Source of the DNA: Perkinsus chesapeaki ATCC PRA-425
Taxonomy: Eukaryota > Protista > Perkinsozoa
Direction: 5' to 3'
DNA: 64,000 bases
Assembly (NCBI GenBank): GCA_013115145.1
Contig: JAAPAO010000093.1
Location: 1 to 64,000 of the forward strand
Part shown: positions 9,938 to 27,997 of the stretch, one piece after another
Layout: each line of letters opens with the position of its first letter
How positions within the stretch are numbered: position 1 is the first letter of the stretch
Notes under the pieces: model-generated
Databases searched by the model: none
What the model saw: only the letters and a program-made list of their open reading frames with translations
What the model was told of the DNA's origin: nothing
Position numbers and translations under genes: made by a program

Positions 9938-11466
9938 ATGATTTACTCAGTGCCCGCGGGGGAAGATCGAAAGAAGGCTCAGAGCGAGGCATCTCTGTCG
10001 AGCTCCCGAAACTCTATGGATGATTTCCTTCTGAAGCGAAGACAGAGGTTGCCTATTAGAACATCGGGGATCCTGTAGTTTCACCATGGTGTTAAGCGAT
10101 TATAAGGTGATTTAGGTTTAACAACAGTCTGTTGTCCTGCGATCTCCATCCTACACTGGAGATGTTGCCGACGATATTCATGCACATTGTTAGTGATGAG
10201 GAGACTCGGTTGAGGGAGCTTGCAAAGGTAATGAGGTGATAGAGCGGATGCGGTAGGACGTCGGGAATTTTTAACTTGGCTCAGTTTGCTCCGGGTTATC
10301 GACTAGGGGGTGGGTTTCGCTTTTGGTTACCACCATTGTCATATTAATACTACTGAAGATACGTATATTAATAATTAAGTTGATGTGTTCAGCGATTGCG
10401 GCGCCGAAACTGATGCGTTTGATAGTGCGGGAGTCTGGGAGGCTTATTCCAAAGAGATTTGAGATCTATGCTTTTCAGCGATACGGCATGAGCATTCTCG
10501 ATGCTGAGAAAGTGAAGCAGGAATTCGATCGATTTGACACCGACAAGTCCGGAGCGATCGAGAGGGTGGGCGGCGGAGAGCGGGTGTTTTGTTATACTGG
10601 ATGTGAGCGGATCATTTAGGAAGAGTTCGACAATATTGTCCGCACGCTCCTCGGGGCCAAGGAGAAGTATGATCTCTCGGAAAAGCGGTTAGAGGTAGAA
10701 AAGTCGCTATGAGGGCCGGGGCGACTGTCGGCTGCTATCTGAGTTGAATAAACCAACGGAGTCGGGCGTTGCCTTTGTTAGCAGTGAATTACGCTTCCGC
10801 TGAGATGGTTGCTCTGCCGTCTCAGGAGTTCTGGAAGATGTTGGACACAGACGGCTCTGGGTCGGCTAATCTTGAGGAGTTCCTCGGCTTCTTTCGCAAG
10901 TACTTCTGGAGTAAAGATGGGGATCCTCCGGGATCCCAGCTCAACCTTGTAGGCCTTCTCTTTTGCATACGGGCTATGCGTATTTTTGCTTATCAGCTTG
11001 ACTGTATTGGGAGGGTGCCGCCGTGGTCGGAGGAGCGGATTGATGAGATCGCCTTCCGTAAGCGTTTGGGGAGTTTTTTCCCATATTAAAGCTGCGGCGT
11101 CTGTTTACAAACCCACCCACAAAATCATCATCACGCATGCATTCAACAAGATTTCTCGTTGGTTATTTAGCGTGGCAAAAAATTGTTAGATGAAAACTCG
11201 ACGCTTTCGCGCTGCAGCGTTGCTTTATTTCTCTCCTCTAGCCGAGCTGCGCCAACTGTTCTTCGAGGAGCTCGAGCCGGTGGGTTCGGATAGCAGCGAT
11301 GGTAGGGAGTTACTGAGTACCGATTGTTGACCTGATCATCTTAGAGGAAGGAGGGGAAGGTGAGGAGACCTATGTGGAGGTTGAGACCGGGAGGACCAAG
11401 CTGCAGAGAGCGGTGCTCTTGGGCACTTTGCAGAATAAGCTTCGAAGAGCAGCCACTGACTGATTG
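9938..11466 (+). CDS. Multi-exon EF-hand calcium-binding protein (gene ends approximate)
   Basis: Spliced exons from 10479 to ~10950 give FDRFDTDKSGAIER|EEFDNIV...KRLE|EFWKMLDTDGSGSANLEEF, two EF-hand loops, with GT-AG introns at ~10565-10620 and ~10695-10825. Confidence 0.6.
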
Positions 11467-11895
11467 ATGCCACGATTCTTGTACACGATTGTCACCCTGT
11501 TGTCCTGACAAGCTGCTGTGTTGTTGCTGTTACGTGGGCTATGGGCGTGCCCAATGGGTCTGGGGTAATAATTTCACCCCCTCCCTGAGATGCGCCTGAT
11601 ACCTCTTCTTGGAGGCTCAAGAAGTGTGGCTAGCTGCCACGGTGGAACAGCGCTGAAAATTAAGCGACGGCCGACGTTCCAGGGCAGACTGGATGAGCTT
11701 GACCAACGAGGCTTAAAAGCTTGAGTGCCAGAAAAAACCCACTCATCTGTCAATACTAGATTCAACACTTCGCCTTTGTAGCTACTTGATGTGCATGAAG
11801 AAGAAGAAGTGTGTAAACTGCATGAGCCGCAACTGCTTAGAGTCACTGCAATGTTTTTGAATCTATTTCGTCAGTTCTGGCCCCACTACTTTGCT

Positions 11896-12093
11896 ATGGC
11901 CCCATTGGTCCTCTTCATCCTGGCATCTGCCCTCGTAGTACACGGAATTGCAGTACGTGGCAATCCAGCAGCTTTGCGCATCGGCGATGGAGATTTCGCG
12001 GCGCGTGAAGCTCGTGCGAATGTGCTGAGAGCTCAGACAGAGGAAGCGATGAAGAATTATGTACAGGGAGTGGACGGCTTGCTGAAACAGTAG
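11896..12093 (+). CDS. Possible small secreted protein, or first exon of one
   Basis: MAPLVLFILASALVVHGIAVRG looks like a signal peptide; no recognisable domain. Confidence 0.3.
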   Translation: MAPLVLFILASALVVHGIAVRGNPAALRIGDGDFAAREARANVLRAQTEEAMKNYVQGVDGLLKQ

Positions 12094-12959
12094 GACCCTT
12101 GTTCAACCTAAGATACTCGATGTCTCCGGGGATGATGCCAGCCTGGCAGTACTGTGTTGTACTTTTCCTTTGTAGAGGCTTTCGCACAGCCCCTTCAGGT
12201 CTATAAGGCTTCACTGAGTTATGTGTAGGTATGGCGGTGGCCTTCCACCAGTTCCCGGGAGCAATATACTAGCGCCGGTGCCGGTCGCCGCTAGCATGCC
12301 GGCAAGACAGCCAGCAGCAGTAGATGGCTCACCGATGCAGTTGATTTTACTCAGTACAGCTGAGAGGGGTAATTCATGGCGCGTGACGGGCACGTTGTTC
12401 AGGCTGGGCACTGTGTGCGCTGCTACTGGGGGTTATTGCCGTTGGAGCTCTGTGGTACACGAAGGAACAAAACAAGGGGCGAGTGAAACCACAGAAGAGG
12501 TCGAGTCGAACTGCTCTCAGAAAGGTGAGGGCTTATCTGCGCTCTCTGGTGTCCCTACCTGGAGGGGCCGAGGGAATCGGTGTCTTATTTGAACAGAGAA
12601 AATTATATAAACCCAATAATTTTTTGAAACCCGAAGTGAATGGGGTTCGTCAGCAATGTGTTTGATAAATGAGATAGGCATGCACTTGGCAATCGCTGTG
12701 TTTTAGCGTTTGACCATGCGGGACAAGGTCCGGGCATACTACGAGAGCAAGGAGTCCTTCTGTGGATCAACAGGTGAGTTCATCAGCAGCGCCGACACGT
12801 CCGCATCTTTGAGTATCTTCAGCAGATTCTTCTGGAGCATCGACCTCATCGAGCTGTGAGGCTCGGGATGAGTTGGAGAGTAAGTGTCTGTTTTATGTTG
12901 CCTTCACAGCTCTGCTTTCGTGCAGCTCCCACGAATCGCCTACAGCTGCCGGTAACAGT

Positions 12960-15900
12960 GGTGTCGCCAGAGGATGCAATAGAGGCGATAGACAGGAGAA
13001 TTCAAGCTGTAAGCTCATCGAAGAGGAAGCTTTCGGCTTTCGATTGGAGCGTTCTCATTGCTCTTTCTAGGCTTTCACGCCATATAGGAACAAGACGACG
13101 GTAGGCCCCTCCAGCGCGGGCTCCACTATCTCGGGAAGGTCGGTTGTGTTCCCTTTTCTTAAGTTGTACTTTATGGCTTCTCAGCTCGGCTTCGGGCGTT
13201 GCTTCTACAGCAACCTCTGGCAAGACGCTTCACCCTGTCCTTCAAAGGCGAGCCCAGGCAGAGGCGGCTACCGCTGCGGCTAAATTGGCCGAGCAGGGAA
13301 GCAACGAGACGGCTCTGTCCGGTGAGGAGCGGCTATCGGCTCAATTGCATTGTCTTTTCAGGCACTACTCGTTTGTGATCCCCATTTATGCTGTATAGTT
13401 GTTTTTTTTCTTATTACCTTGATTGTTGTAGCCTCGAGCGGCGCCCATCCTCCTCCTCCTCCCGCTGCTGTCTCTGGTGGCAGTGGTGGAGAGCCCCTTT
13501 CGCGCGGTGCCAGTGTGTGGTCGTGCATGTTAGTGATGCCGGTGATAAAGTCGACGTTAATTGTATCCTTGGAGGCTTTTGCGTTGTTAACACCACCGGG
13601 CAGTCGTCGGCATAGTTGTTGCATGGCGACTCCTCTATGAGAGCCGCCTTCACTGGAGCGGGAAGCTGTGGAACGGAAGACGACTCTTCTATCCTTTTCC
13701 CCGAATCCTTGTTCCCTGAGGTCTCAGTAGTGCCTTGTTGCCGAAGGATTCCTGCGCAGGTTCGAACCTCGCGGCCGGAACCTCTGCCGTACCCCTACGG
13801 TCCGGCTTGCTGCGACAATCACAGCTTAGCAGCTGCAGCATTATTAAGGAGATCTAGGGAGAATGTGGGGCGCGTGACGGAAGTAATCATTGTCGATCAC
13901 TTTGTAGGTCCTGTCAGAGCTACAGGATAAGATTGCCCGAGTTCGAAAGTACCCGGGGTTGAACGGGAAGGTTTGGGTTGATTGGCTGCTGGACATCTCT
14001 GTGATGGCCGAGGCATCTCTAAGGGCGCTGAGGAAGCTGTCTGAGGTGGTGGTCGAGCGAGCGGTAAGAATTTTTTACGGAAAGAGGGGAACGGAGATGT
14101 TTAGGGCCGAGATGCGACGCTTGTTAACGAAGTGACCCGGGGGAGGTCGCATTGTGAGGAGCAGATGCTGACACTTCTGCAGAAGGCAATTCATGTACCG
14201 CAGGGAGCTAGAGGAGATTCGGGAGTTTCTGAACGAGTAGATGCAAGACTGGGCCGAGGCGAGTGTTAGGAAAATCGACGAGCTGACAGAGAAGAACGCT
14301 CGGCTTGTCGAAGCCAATAGCGGTCTAGAGGACAGGTGGGGGGTCAAATTGTTCGGCAGCCCAACTTCACCAGGTGCCGGAAGCTGGGCATTTCTCTTGC
14401 TGCGGCGCTGAAGAGGGGCGAGGTCCTTCGCAAAAGGGAGTTGTCCGTTACCGCGTTCCCGCCGTCGCCGTCGCCGCCGCTGCCGAGGAAGGTAATTTGG
14501 TCTTTTGAGTAATTTTGGTGGTTACCTGTGTCCTGCTGGGGCATCTCAGCTGGCTTGCTAGTCTTCCGTTCCTTAGGGTCGGTTGCCTGGCAAAGTGGGA
14601 GAAGTTGAGCGTAAATCTGACGATAAACCGGCAAAGTAGAATCTCGTTTCGGATCTCGTCAGTTTGGAATGCAGCTCACATCTGGACCCATCGGTTGTTC
14701 ATGCTGGCGGGAGCCAGTATAGCGTTCCGGTGGGCGACCTCGGACAGAGCAGCAGTCAGGTTTCTGAAGCGATTGCCAAGAAGGTCGAGGATAACGTATT
14801 TATGGCAGCCGCTGTGGCACCTCAGCCTAAAGTGAGAAGAAAACTCGTAGCTGTTTGTGAGGCACCACTCGGAATGCTTCGATTGATTAAAGCAATCCTG
14901 TGAGCATTGCAGCGCCATAGACCTGCGCGACTCCTGAAACTTACCTCGGGAACATGGCTTTTCTCATATGCTCTCCTCAGGCTACCCTCGAGGGTGAGAT
15001 AGTAGTCGCTCCAAGAATGGTTAAAGTTGGTCAGATTAGAACCGAAAATATTGCGAAGCCTAAAATTTTGCCACACGCTGTGGCGAAGCAATCTACTAAA
15101 GCTACACGTGGGACTCCGGTTCTCATCGCGAGCGCTCATAGACCAAAAGACCTAAGTGTGGTGACGTTGGGCAGAGCTGATGAGGAAAATGGTGGCCAAA
15201 AGAGAGTGGCAGATCGGGAGGAGCATACTGGGGAGGAAGCATTCCCAAAGCCTTCAAGTGGCAAAGGTATTGAGAGAACCGGTAGCTCCTCGGTGGTGCT
15301 GGCCAGTGAAGGGTGTGCTGAAATGAATGGACAGAGTGACGGTGGCCGAGCTGTGATCGAGGAGGACAGATTCAGTCGTGAGCGGGTGTTCGGACAGAGC
15401 GATAGGAGCAATACACTGCAAGATGGACTAATCGCTGCGGGGAATGTTAATGTTGCTGGTGGTTATGGTGGTGGAACTGTTCCACCTGGTAGAGATGGAA
15501 TGATCGTGCGAATTGTGGCTACTGCTGTTGAGAGTAAGCGAGACGTTCTGAAGGGAAATCAGGCTGAAGAGACACATCAGGAAGACGCGCTAAATCGATC
15601 TGCTACTGTTTTCGGTTCTGCGCAGCGTCGGGGTGGATGTCTCCGCGACACGTGCTCTGGAGGGGAAAAGACTGCCAATGGCGGTGGAGCCTGCAATGAG
15701 CAGCCTCATAGAAAGGACAAGAAGGAGATTGATTCCCAAGATAAACCGAGGATAATGGATGAGGGCGAGGATGTAGAAACTGTTGAAGCAGAGACAAGGC
15801 CGATGGAGGACCGAAGTGGCTTCTTGGATGCTTGGGGAGATGTGGCGAATGAGGAGGAAGCTGTTGTAGCTTGGACCAAAAGACAAGAGCCGGATGCCGA

Positions 15901-16456
15901 CCCGGGGGGAAACTCGAGTGTGTCCCCGACTGAAATTGGTGAGGCCGTAGAGAGGAGAATGCCAGCCGACGAAGGAGCCGCGTATCGATCGGAACAGGCG
16001 AGATGCTTGACGGGCGAAAGGCGACAGAGCGGCCTGAAGCGGTGTTCTGTGCAAGGGGTGAGAGAAGCGGATGGTCCCCAGATGACGGATGAGATGAAGG
16101 CAAGATTTGAAAAAATTGCAAAGTGGTGAGTCAGCATATGTCTTCGGTGTGCAATAGAGCTTTTACTGGGATCAGGTCTAGGCTTGTCGAGCAGATTCCA
16201 GATGCTGATTTGCAGGCTCACTTCAAGGAGGTAGGATACTCCCCTCTGCTGGCGGGTGGATAGATGTTTTAGATTATGGCTGATATGCAGCGAGGTATGC
16301 AAGTCCAAGTCGAACATGTCTGTCGCTTTTGTCGGCGACGGACGAGTGCAGCAGCTCCAGTGGTGGAGGTCCGATCGAGCACAGCACCGAGTGGCGAGGC
16401 GAGGTCGTAAGTGCCATAGTAAGCCGCTTGGTTCGGTCTCATATCATCTATACTAG
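12960..16456 (+). CDS. Uncharacterised multi-exon coiled-coil / low-complexity protein (boundaries approximate; one apparent exon has an in-frame TAG)
   Basis: Exon-like segments flanked by GT/AG (e.g. RELEEIREFLNE*MQDWAEASVRKIDELTEKNARL) and a 391-codon charged ORF at 14954-16129 ending at a donor-like gtgagt. Confidence 0.45.
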
Positions 16457-17170
16457 TACCGTTCTCAGCCCGTTCTATACATTCTTATATAGCCTGATCG
16501 GTATTTCACATGTAACAGTTATGTAAATTGTTTTTGGCCTCACTTTTTTTCACTTCTACGGATGAGAGCTCGAACATTTTCAATAGTATGCACATGTACA
16601 GTGATATTCGTTAACAGCCTTCCCTCGTAGACTACCTAAGTTGCATTGCCACGACCGTAACGTTTTTTTTCTCAGTTCGATTCTACCCTCCACCGCGGCT
16701 TCATATCATCCGGGGGCATCGTTCCCCAGTGAGGGTAGCAGAATTGGTGCGTTGACCGTTGAGTTTTCCCGCCACACTTTGCAATTTTCCAGATTGGTAT
16801 CAGTGGTTGCACAGCTCTATCGAGTCGGGCATGCCCCGTAAAGCATCACGCAGCAGTGAGGCGGCGGCGCTACCGGCAACTCCTGCCTCGGTATGCCTCC
16901 ATTCAGATTCCGCTGTCGAACTACCGCGGGTTGTCGGACAGAGAGCTTCCACGTGAACTGGTGACCTCGCTTGTGATTTATTATTTTAGTCTGTCAGATT
17001 CATTAAAAGACGCCTCGTTTACACTTCTCAAGACAGAAGGCGAAGCGCTGATGCCTTTTGGCCGCCACATGCCTGATATTCCCCTTGTGCTTATGCCTGA
17101 GGGTTGTGTTGTTAGTTCACAAGTCGCGAGTAGAAGTAGTTGCCCGGAAGCAAGCCTTGTTAAGAGGCGG

Positions 17171-17637
17171 GTGAGTTGAGTGAGATATTGAACTGGCGTT
17201 GAAGGCTGCTTGTTGCAGCCGAACGGTGGTCGGTTGGGGCAACTGGACATAGTCTCCACGAGCAATCCTAGGGTTGTCGTACATGAATGTAAAGTGAAGG
17301 TCGATGGGATAACCAAGTAGGGGAGAATGATCAGTGATATTCTTGAAGGATTCTGGTCAGGTACTTGGAGAATCACGAGTTCACGTTTGATCGGGCCTAT
17401 TCGGAGCGTTGCGGCACTGGAGAGGTGTATTTATTAATGGAGGGCCATGATGTTATGGAATCCCTTTGTAGTTGTACAGAACATGCATTGAGGTGCCTGC
17501 GGAGGAGGTCCTCCAGGAGGGCGGCCGGGAAGAGTGGGATGTGGCTAGTCGCTTTGCAGCGGCAAATAGGTTCTCAGTTCTTGCATACGGCCAGGCATAC
17601 TTCTGAAACATCTACACGATGGTTCAGGTACAAGCTA
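17171..17637 (+). pseudogene. Degenerate partial duplicate of the kinesin-13 motor exons
   Basis: Near-identical to 21453 to ~21920 (offset 4282). The P-loop AYGQTGSGKT has become AYGQAYF*. Confidence 0.85.
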
Positions 17638-18719
17638 AATTGACAGATGTGAAACGTAAGGCTGTTAGTCACAGTTTGTTTCACGTTATCGGAACTGCAT
17701 GACACCTTCGGCTGTGCCGGGGTTTCTGGCTTTTGTGTTGGAGCAGTTGCCGGGTGAACTGCTCGAACATGCTAACGCTATTGAGATCTGTAGACTACCC
17801 GATTCCATCCTCCCAGGTGGTTGGTTGTCGATACCCGAAATTGGAGCCCGGAACCCGCGGCCCGTACACCGCGGTAGGGCTTGCAGTATGATACTGGCAA
17901 TATCGTGGTACTTAGCACTCGGCCGATCAGGCCATCGGCAGTCATAATCTAGCATCAGAGCATTAAACACTAGGCTAGCTGGGGAGCCGAGAATAGTCTG
18001 GTGGGGAGACGCTTCACCAGAGCAGGAGGGTGTGGAAAATGGGAAGAATAACTACAACTCATTGAAGTTGAATGATCGAACAACCATTTCAATGAAAAGG
18101 CGAGATGCGGGAGGTGGGCGGGAGTCCAGCTCGCCCGCCCGACCTCATCGCACTCTAAAGAATCTACGTCACAAACCCGGCGGTAAACTTGGTCAACTAC
18201 GTTGACCCTTTGTAGAATTGTCTTTGCACTTAACAAGAGCCGTTTAAGGTGGTTCCAATAAAGTATTAATACATACAGTAATACGTACGGCGTAAAGGAG
18301 ACAGCGCGCGCACTTGTGCGCGCTTGATTGTCAATCAAAGATAACGATTGTGTGCACATTTCATCAAACCCTTATTCAGAATAAGTTATTCTAATCCGCA
18401 TTTATTGTTGTTTAAAATGCTCTTGCATAGGCATTAACTCTCACATGTGTGAAAAGAACTCACTGAACACACTGCCATTAAGGTTTCGAGAAAATGCTGA
18501 TTAATGAAGATGATACTCTAACGACAACTACGTCCCCTCATGGGGAGCCTTCTTCCATTCACTCACTGTCCTGAGAACAGTGCTATCTCATAATGATATA
18601 GCCATAGATTGGCCTGATTAGGAGCGGGCAAGTTTTACAGTTGCACGCAAGCTCCTGAACTACAGGCTTGTATATAGGAGTCCTATTATAGGACGGACTA
18701 AGACATCATTCGTAAATAA

Positions 18720-19223
18720 TTAGATGATGTTGGTTCTGTAGATCATATAGTGACCCCAGAACCTAGGCCGAGCCAGTGCCACGGACACCGAGGACATTGG
18801 AGGAATATCGCGTTGTAGAGCTATAGCACAAGATGAGTAGACACCAACCAATACGTCCAGGTCTTCGTCATACAGTAGGTGGTCCAGATTCCCGTCGTCA
18901 GCTGGGCGGTCACAACGCATGCCCTTAACTGAGTCTATGAATGCGACGTAGTCCTGCTGACTAGCTGCGTCGATTATAAAATCATTTGAGCTGGGCTCTT
19001 TGTAGTGGAGAATGACCGAAGACTTCTCCTCACCCTCACATGTGACTTTCAGAATTACCGTTGGAGTTTTCGCAACTTGCCAGCTGACTGAAACAGCCGT
19101 TTGGCTTGTTGCATCTGGATAGCCTTTAAAGGTTCCCGTAGGGAATGGAATGCCGGGAAGGCCATCTTTGGATTCACCGATGGCCAAGCTGCAGAGAATG
19201 CTGAGAATAACGAGGAGGGGCAT
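18720..19223 (-). CDS. Intronless lineage-specific secreted protein (paralogue of 23071-23493)
   Basis: Signal peptide MPLLVILSILCSLAIG. Shares PTG..G, SV.WQ, LKVTCE, SS..LHY, DY..F..SV..M.CDR with the paralogue. Confidence 0.72.
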   Translation of the reverse strand: MPLLVILSILCSLAIGESKDGLPGIPFPTGTFKGYPDATSQTAVSVSWQVAKTPTVILKVTCEGEEKSSVILHYKEPSSNDFIIDAASQQDYVAFIDSVKGMRCDRPADDGNLDHLLYDEDLDVLVGVYSSCAIALQRDIPPMSSVSVALARPRFWGHYMIYRTNII

Positions 19224-19944
19224 TATTGAGATGGTTGCACTGAATAAGTAGCGAAAGGATATGCTAATGGAAAGGCGGCTGCGGAAGGAAGTAACCGCGA
19301 AAACGCGCGTTGATAGAAATGTTTTCCACGTAATACGATCCACCGGATAGGGAACGACTCAACGGGAAAAGTTTGGTAGTGATACCTGCACTCGCCATAG
19401 CAGTAGGGATAAGTTTCAGAAAAGCCTGCAAGCTAAGTTAGCTAACCACGAGATTTAAACTTCGAACAGCTGTTCTGGCTCCAGCCAATAATGAGGGATG
19501 TACTCGTGGCGCACACAAGGATTCCGGTAGCCTGCGAGGAGGACATTACTTGGGTGGTATATTGAAGGCTATATGATAACAAGATTCTCTGAGCTGAGGG
19601 CACAGACTCTCCGGCGGAGCAGGATCACAACAAGCCAATATTAAAAATAAGTTACAGTACGCGTCATCGAGAACGTCTAGAGTGTAAGATGACTCTCATG
19701 GGAAGGGGGATCCACCGGAGCCGCTCCAGTGGATCAAACAGGGTTTGACTAAAACGTGTGCGAACCCTAGTCCACTCGTCAACGCTGACAGCGTCGATTG
19801 TGCTACACTGCACGGGAAAGCTTTTAAGTGTGAACGCCGGGAACCAGCAGCTGAAAGAAGTACCTCATTCCAGTGCAAACGCGCTCAGTTACGAAGGGGA
19901 AAATGGGTGCAGGCGCGGAGACAATTCATTTGCTTGTTTTCGAG

Positions 19945-20351
19945 GTGTAGAGGTTGTGTCACGTACTTCTGTACGATAAGTGTCCCCGATATTCGGTTAT
20001 ATTTTTGCGAGAGTCGTAGAGTAAGCGTATTGGAGCATCGCCTACAGGTCCTGAAAGTTTCAGGGGATCTGTTGGGGCCGAGACAAACTATAGCAAATGC
20101 AAGGCTTTCATCAGCAACTTGACCGTCCGACCCAAGCTCACTGGTAGGGTGTCCAGCTCGAGCCAAGCGGAGCTGGTCATGGTAGTAGTTTTCTGCGGGA
20201 ATTCCCTGGCCCTAAGGCGGGCCCCGTATGATATGGTCGGGATACCAGCACCGGCCAGAACGCTAGTGTCAGTGAAGACTCTTAACTTCGCTCGTACACA
20301 GACTGTGTCCAAGTGTTCAACACCATTTCTTCCTTGCAACTTGGGCCACAA
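19945..20351 (-). mobile_element. Possible decayed retroelement RNase H fragment
   Basis: One frame with an internal TAG reads LRVFTDTSV...SSAWLELDTL...*...IRLLYDSRKNI, i.e. D-E-D in RNase H order. Confidence 0.3.
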
Positions 20352-21029
20352 CGAACAATTCTGATTTTACGGAGGGAGAAAAGGCCTACAGTAGGGTTTA
20401 CCTTTCAGCGGACCATTCAGGAATCAGGGCGGGCTTAACATTCTCAATTCCGCTCTTTGGATAGGCTAATCACAAGAACATGACGGAATGCGGTCGCGCT
20501 ATGGACTCCGGCCTTCCGAGGAAGCAAGCACACAATGTTTTGCTAGCGATCCGCTATTAGTACTGCCACTATTACACCAACCACTACAGATTCTACGAGA
20601 TACCTCCTTGTACAGCAGGACTAGGATGGCTATTGTGACTGTGTCTTTTGAGCCTTCTATGAGCCTCTTTATACAGCCTCACGTGCATGAGATGCTTTTT
20701 CAATTGGGCCCTTGTGTGAATCTCCATGACTTGCGTCGTCAGTTCAGTTCTCACGGCACCGGAGTGAGCGATTCTTGCAGTATCATGGCTAAGAACGATA
20801 AGTCCAAGCGGTTGTATACTGCATCTCGGCCATGGATTTCCCCGGTTTACAGGAGCAGTTGTCCAGCAGCGAGCATGGCAGTCTCTGGGATGAGTATGAG
20901 AGTCTTGCCTGGAGCTTTAATCTTCTCTTAGGTAGAGCAAGCAAGACACTCCCGGGATCTCCGAGACTTGAGGGAACTGGGCAGCCTCAAAGTGAAGTTC
21001 CTTACTGCTCCGAGAGTAATGGTTCTCAG

Positions 21030-26183
<5,154 letters not shown>

Positions 26184-26525
26184 GCAGAGGATAAACGAGA
26201 AGGTATGTCTGCTCTCTAATGAGAGGTGCTGCTGCTGGGAGGACTTTTTGTGCTTCAGCCTCAGGTGAAATCAAGCTAAGATATTCACCAAACATATCTC
26301 CGCTGCGTTGTGTGGCACTGTCTCCCCATAACCGCTCAGACAAACCCAGAGATTTTTCCTAATAGAGATTCTATTATTTAAAAATGCACATGCACGGCGA
26401 GTTAAAGAGCGTTGTCACATTTCGGTCGCTGCATATGTTTGGTTAGTTCGCTCCTCGCCAGTGGTACACAGTTCTGATTTCCGCTATTCAGTTTCAGTTG
26501 ATTTATTGTGATATTTATTTGAAAG

Positions 26526-27406
26526 ATGCCTTCCGTATTGGTTGCTGTTGCTAACGACTCCGAGGAGATCGAATTTAACGCTATAGTTGATGTTCTCGTT
26601 CGCGGCGGTTGCAAGGTTACCATAGCGTGCCCTGGTCGCGATCGTAATGTGAAGCTCAGCAGAGGCGTACATGTCGTGGCTGATATGACACTGGAACAGG
26701 TAGCGTGTTTTAGCGTACAACGGCTGCTTGTTAGTCTTTACTCAGGCCTCTGAGATGCAGTTCGATATGATCGCCTGTCCTGGTGGTATGCCCGGTGCCA
26801 AGTACCTGGGCGAAGATGCCTTCCTCTCCACTATGTTAAGGGTAAGACCCGATGTTGGTGACGATTAGGATTATTGCTCTTCTGTTCTCAGACCCAACAT
26901 AATGAGGGCAAATGGGTCGCTGCAATTTGCGCTTCTCCTGCGGTTGTTCTCGCCCCCAATGGAATTTTGGATGATGTAAGCTTCGAGGGGCTTACCTTAC
27001 GATTCTCTTAGGATTCCAAGGTTCTCGCTCTTCGATCAGGTTGAAAAGTGTACTTGCTACGACTCACCTGCATTCCGTGATGTCATCTCTGACAAGTTGA
27101 GCCCTGAGCGCGTTGTCGTTTCCAACAAGGTAGCTACGTTATGCTAGAGCGAATTGTACCATCATATTCGAATTCGACAGGTTATCACCAGTATTGGACC
27201 CGGCTCCGCCATCGAGTTTGGTCTCGAGTGCTTAGCCCGCCTTCAAGGTCGTGATAAGGCTGTAAGTACAGATATCCTCTCCGCTAAACGTTCATTGGAT
27301 CCTGAGCGTTTGAAATCTGTGCTGTTTCCAGGTTGCTGTTGCAAAGGGCCTCCTTGTTACCCCTGATGTTCTCAAGCAACTCGAAACTGCCGAGAAGAAG
27401 CACTAG
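26526..27406 (+). CDS. DJ-1/PfpI family protein, 6 exons
   Basis: SEEIEF, ACPGGMPGA, VAAICASPAVVL (catalytic Cys), VITSIGPGSAIEFGL; short GT-AG introns. Confidence 0.93.
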
Positions 27407-27721
27407 AGGAGATCTTCATTGACATCGTCAGCATATAGACTATTGTGAATCTTATTCCCTTATGTGGTTCTCATTTCATCTATCCTCTTGAGTTCTTTAA
27501 GTGGTATCGTGGGTCATAGCTGCTGAAGTTGACTAGAGGAATACGTATGCAGTTGACCCTGCTGTTGCAGTAGTAGGCAGCTGCTCGGTAAGGGTAACGT
27601 TGTTTACTATATCGTCTCTTGAGCTAAAATCAGCACAAAGGCTTGATGGGAGGCAGGCTAGTTCTGGGAATTGACATGCTTTTTCTAGGCTCGTTTTAAT
27701 GGTGCATCGCACTTCGTCTCA

Positions 27722-27997
27722 TTGTGGTAGGTGGTATGGACATGGCACTGAATACACAGTCTGGGCGCTTTGTGGTGCTGAACAACTGTAGATGCCTAAC
27801 CCGATATCCGGATAATGATCCACATAAATTATCACGAGGGAAGCTCGTAGAGTCGGAGGCCTTAGAAAAACAGGAAAGGGGACAACCCAATCACTGAAAT
27901 GGACACAAACTGATAAATAGGCTTCCACGGCCGAGAATTGAACTCGGGTCTCCTGCGTGACAGGCAGGAATACTAACCTCTATACTACCGCGGATCT
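27722..27997. repeat. 276-bp duplicate of 29079-29354 (TANGO2 exon 2 plus tRNA-Asp)
   Basis: Offset 1357, two mismatches seen. TCGCACTTCGTC (27707-27718) also matches TANGO2 exon 1 (28850-28861). Confidence 0.93.
27923..27994 (-). tRNA. tRNA-Asp (GTC), copy 1
   Basis: Acceptor TCCGCGG/CCGTGGA; anticodon arm CCTGC CT GTC AC GCAGG; T arm CCGAG TTCAATT CTCGG. Confidence 0.96.

Noticed and set aside
8268-9941. ORFs 8268-8807 and 9399-9941 (about 180 aa each)
   Set aside because: No recognisable motif, signal peptide or splice pattern; left unannotated.
14238-14240. Stop-codon reassignment as an explanation of the in-frame TAG
   Set aside because: TAG, TAA and TGA all terminate well-conserved genes in this window.
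15590-16317. Long minus-strand ORFs (also 36854-37348, 41723-42439, 60780-61472)
   Set aside because: They are shadows on the strand opposite GC-rich real exons.
18306-18323. Hairpin GCGCGCAC-TT-GTGCGCGC
   Set aside because: An 8-bp stem of low-complexity GC dinucleotides with no second instance.
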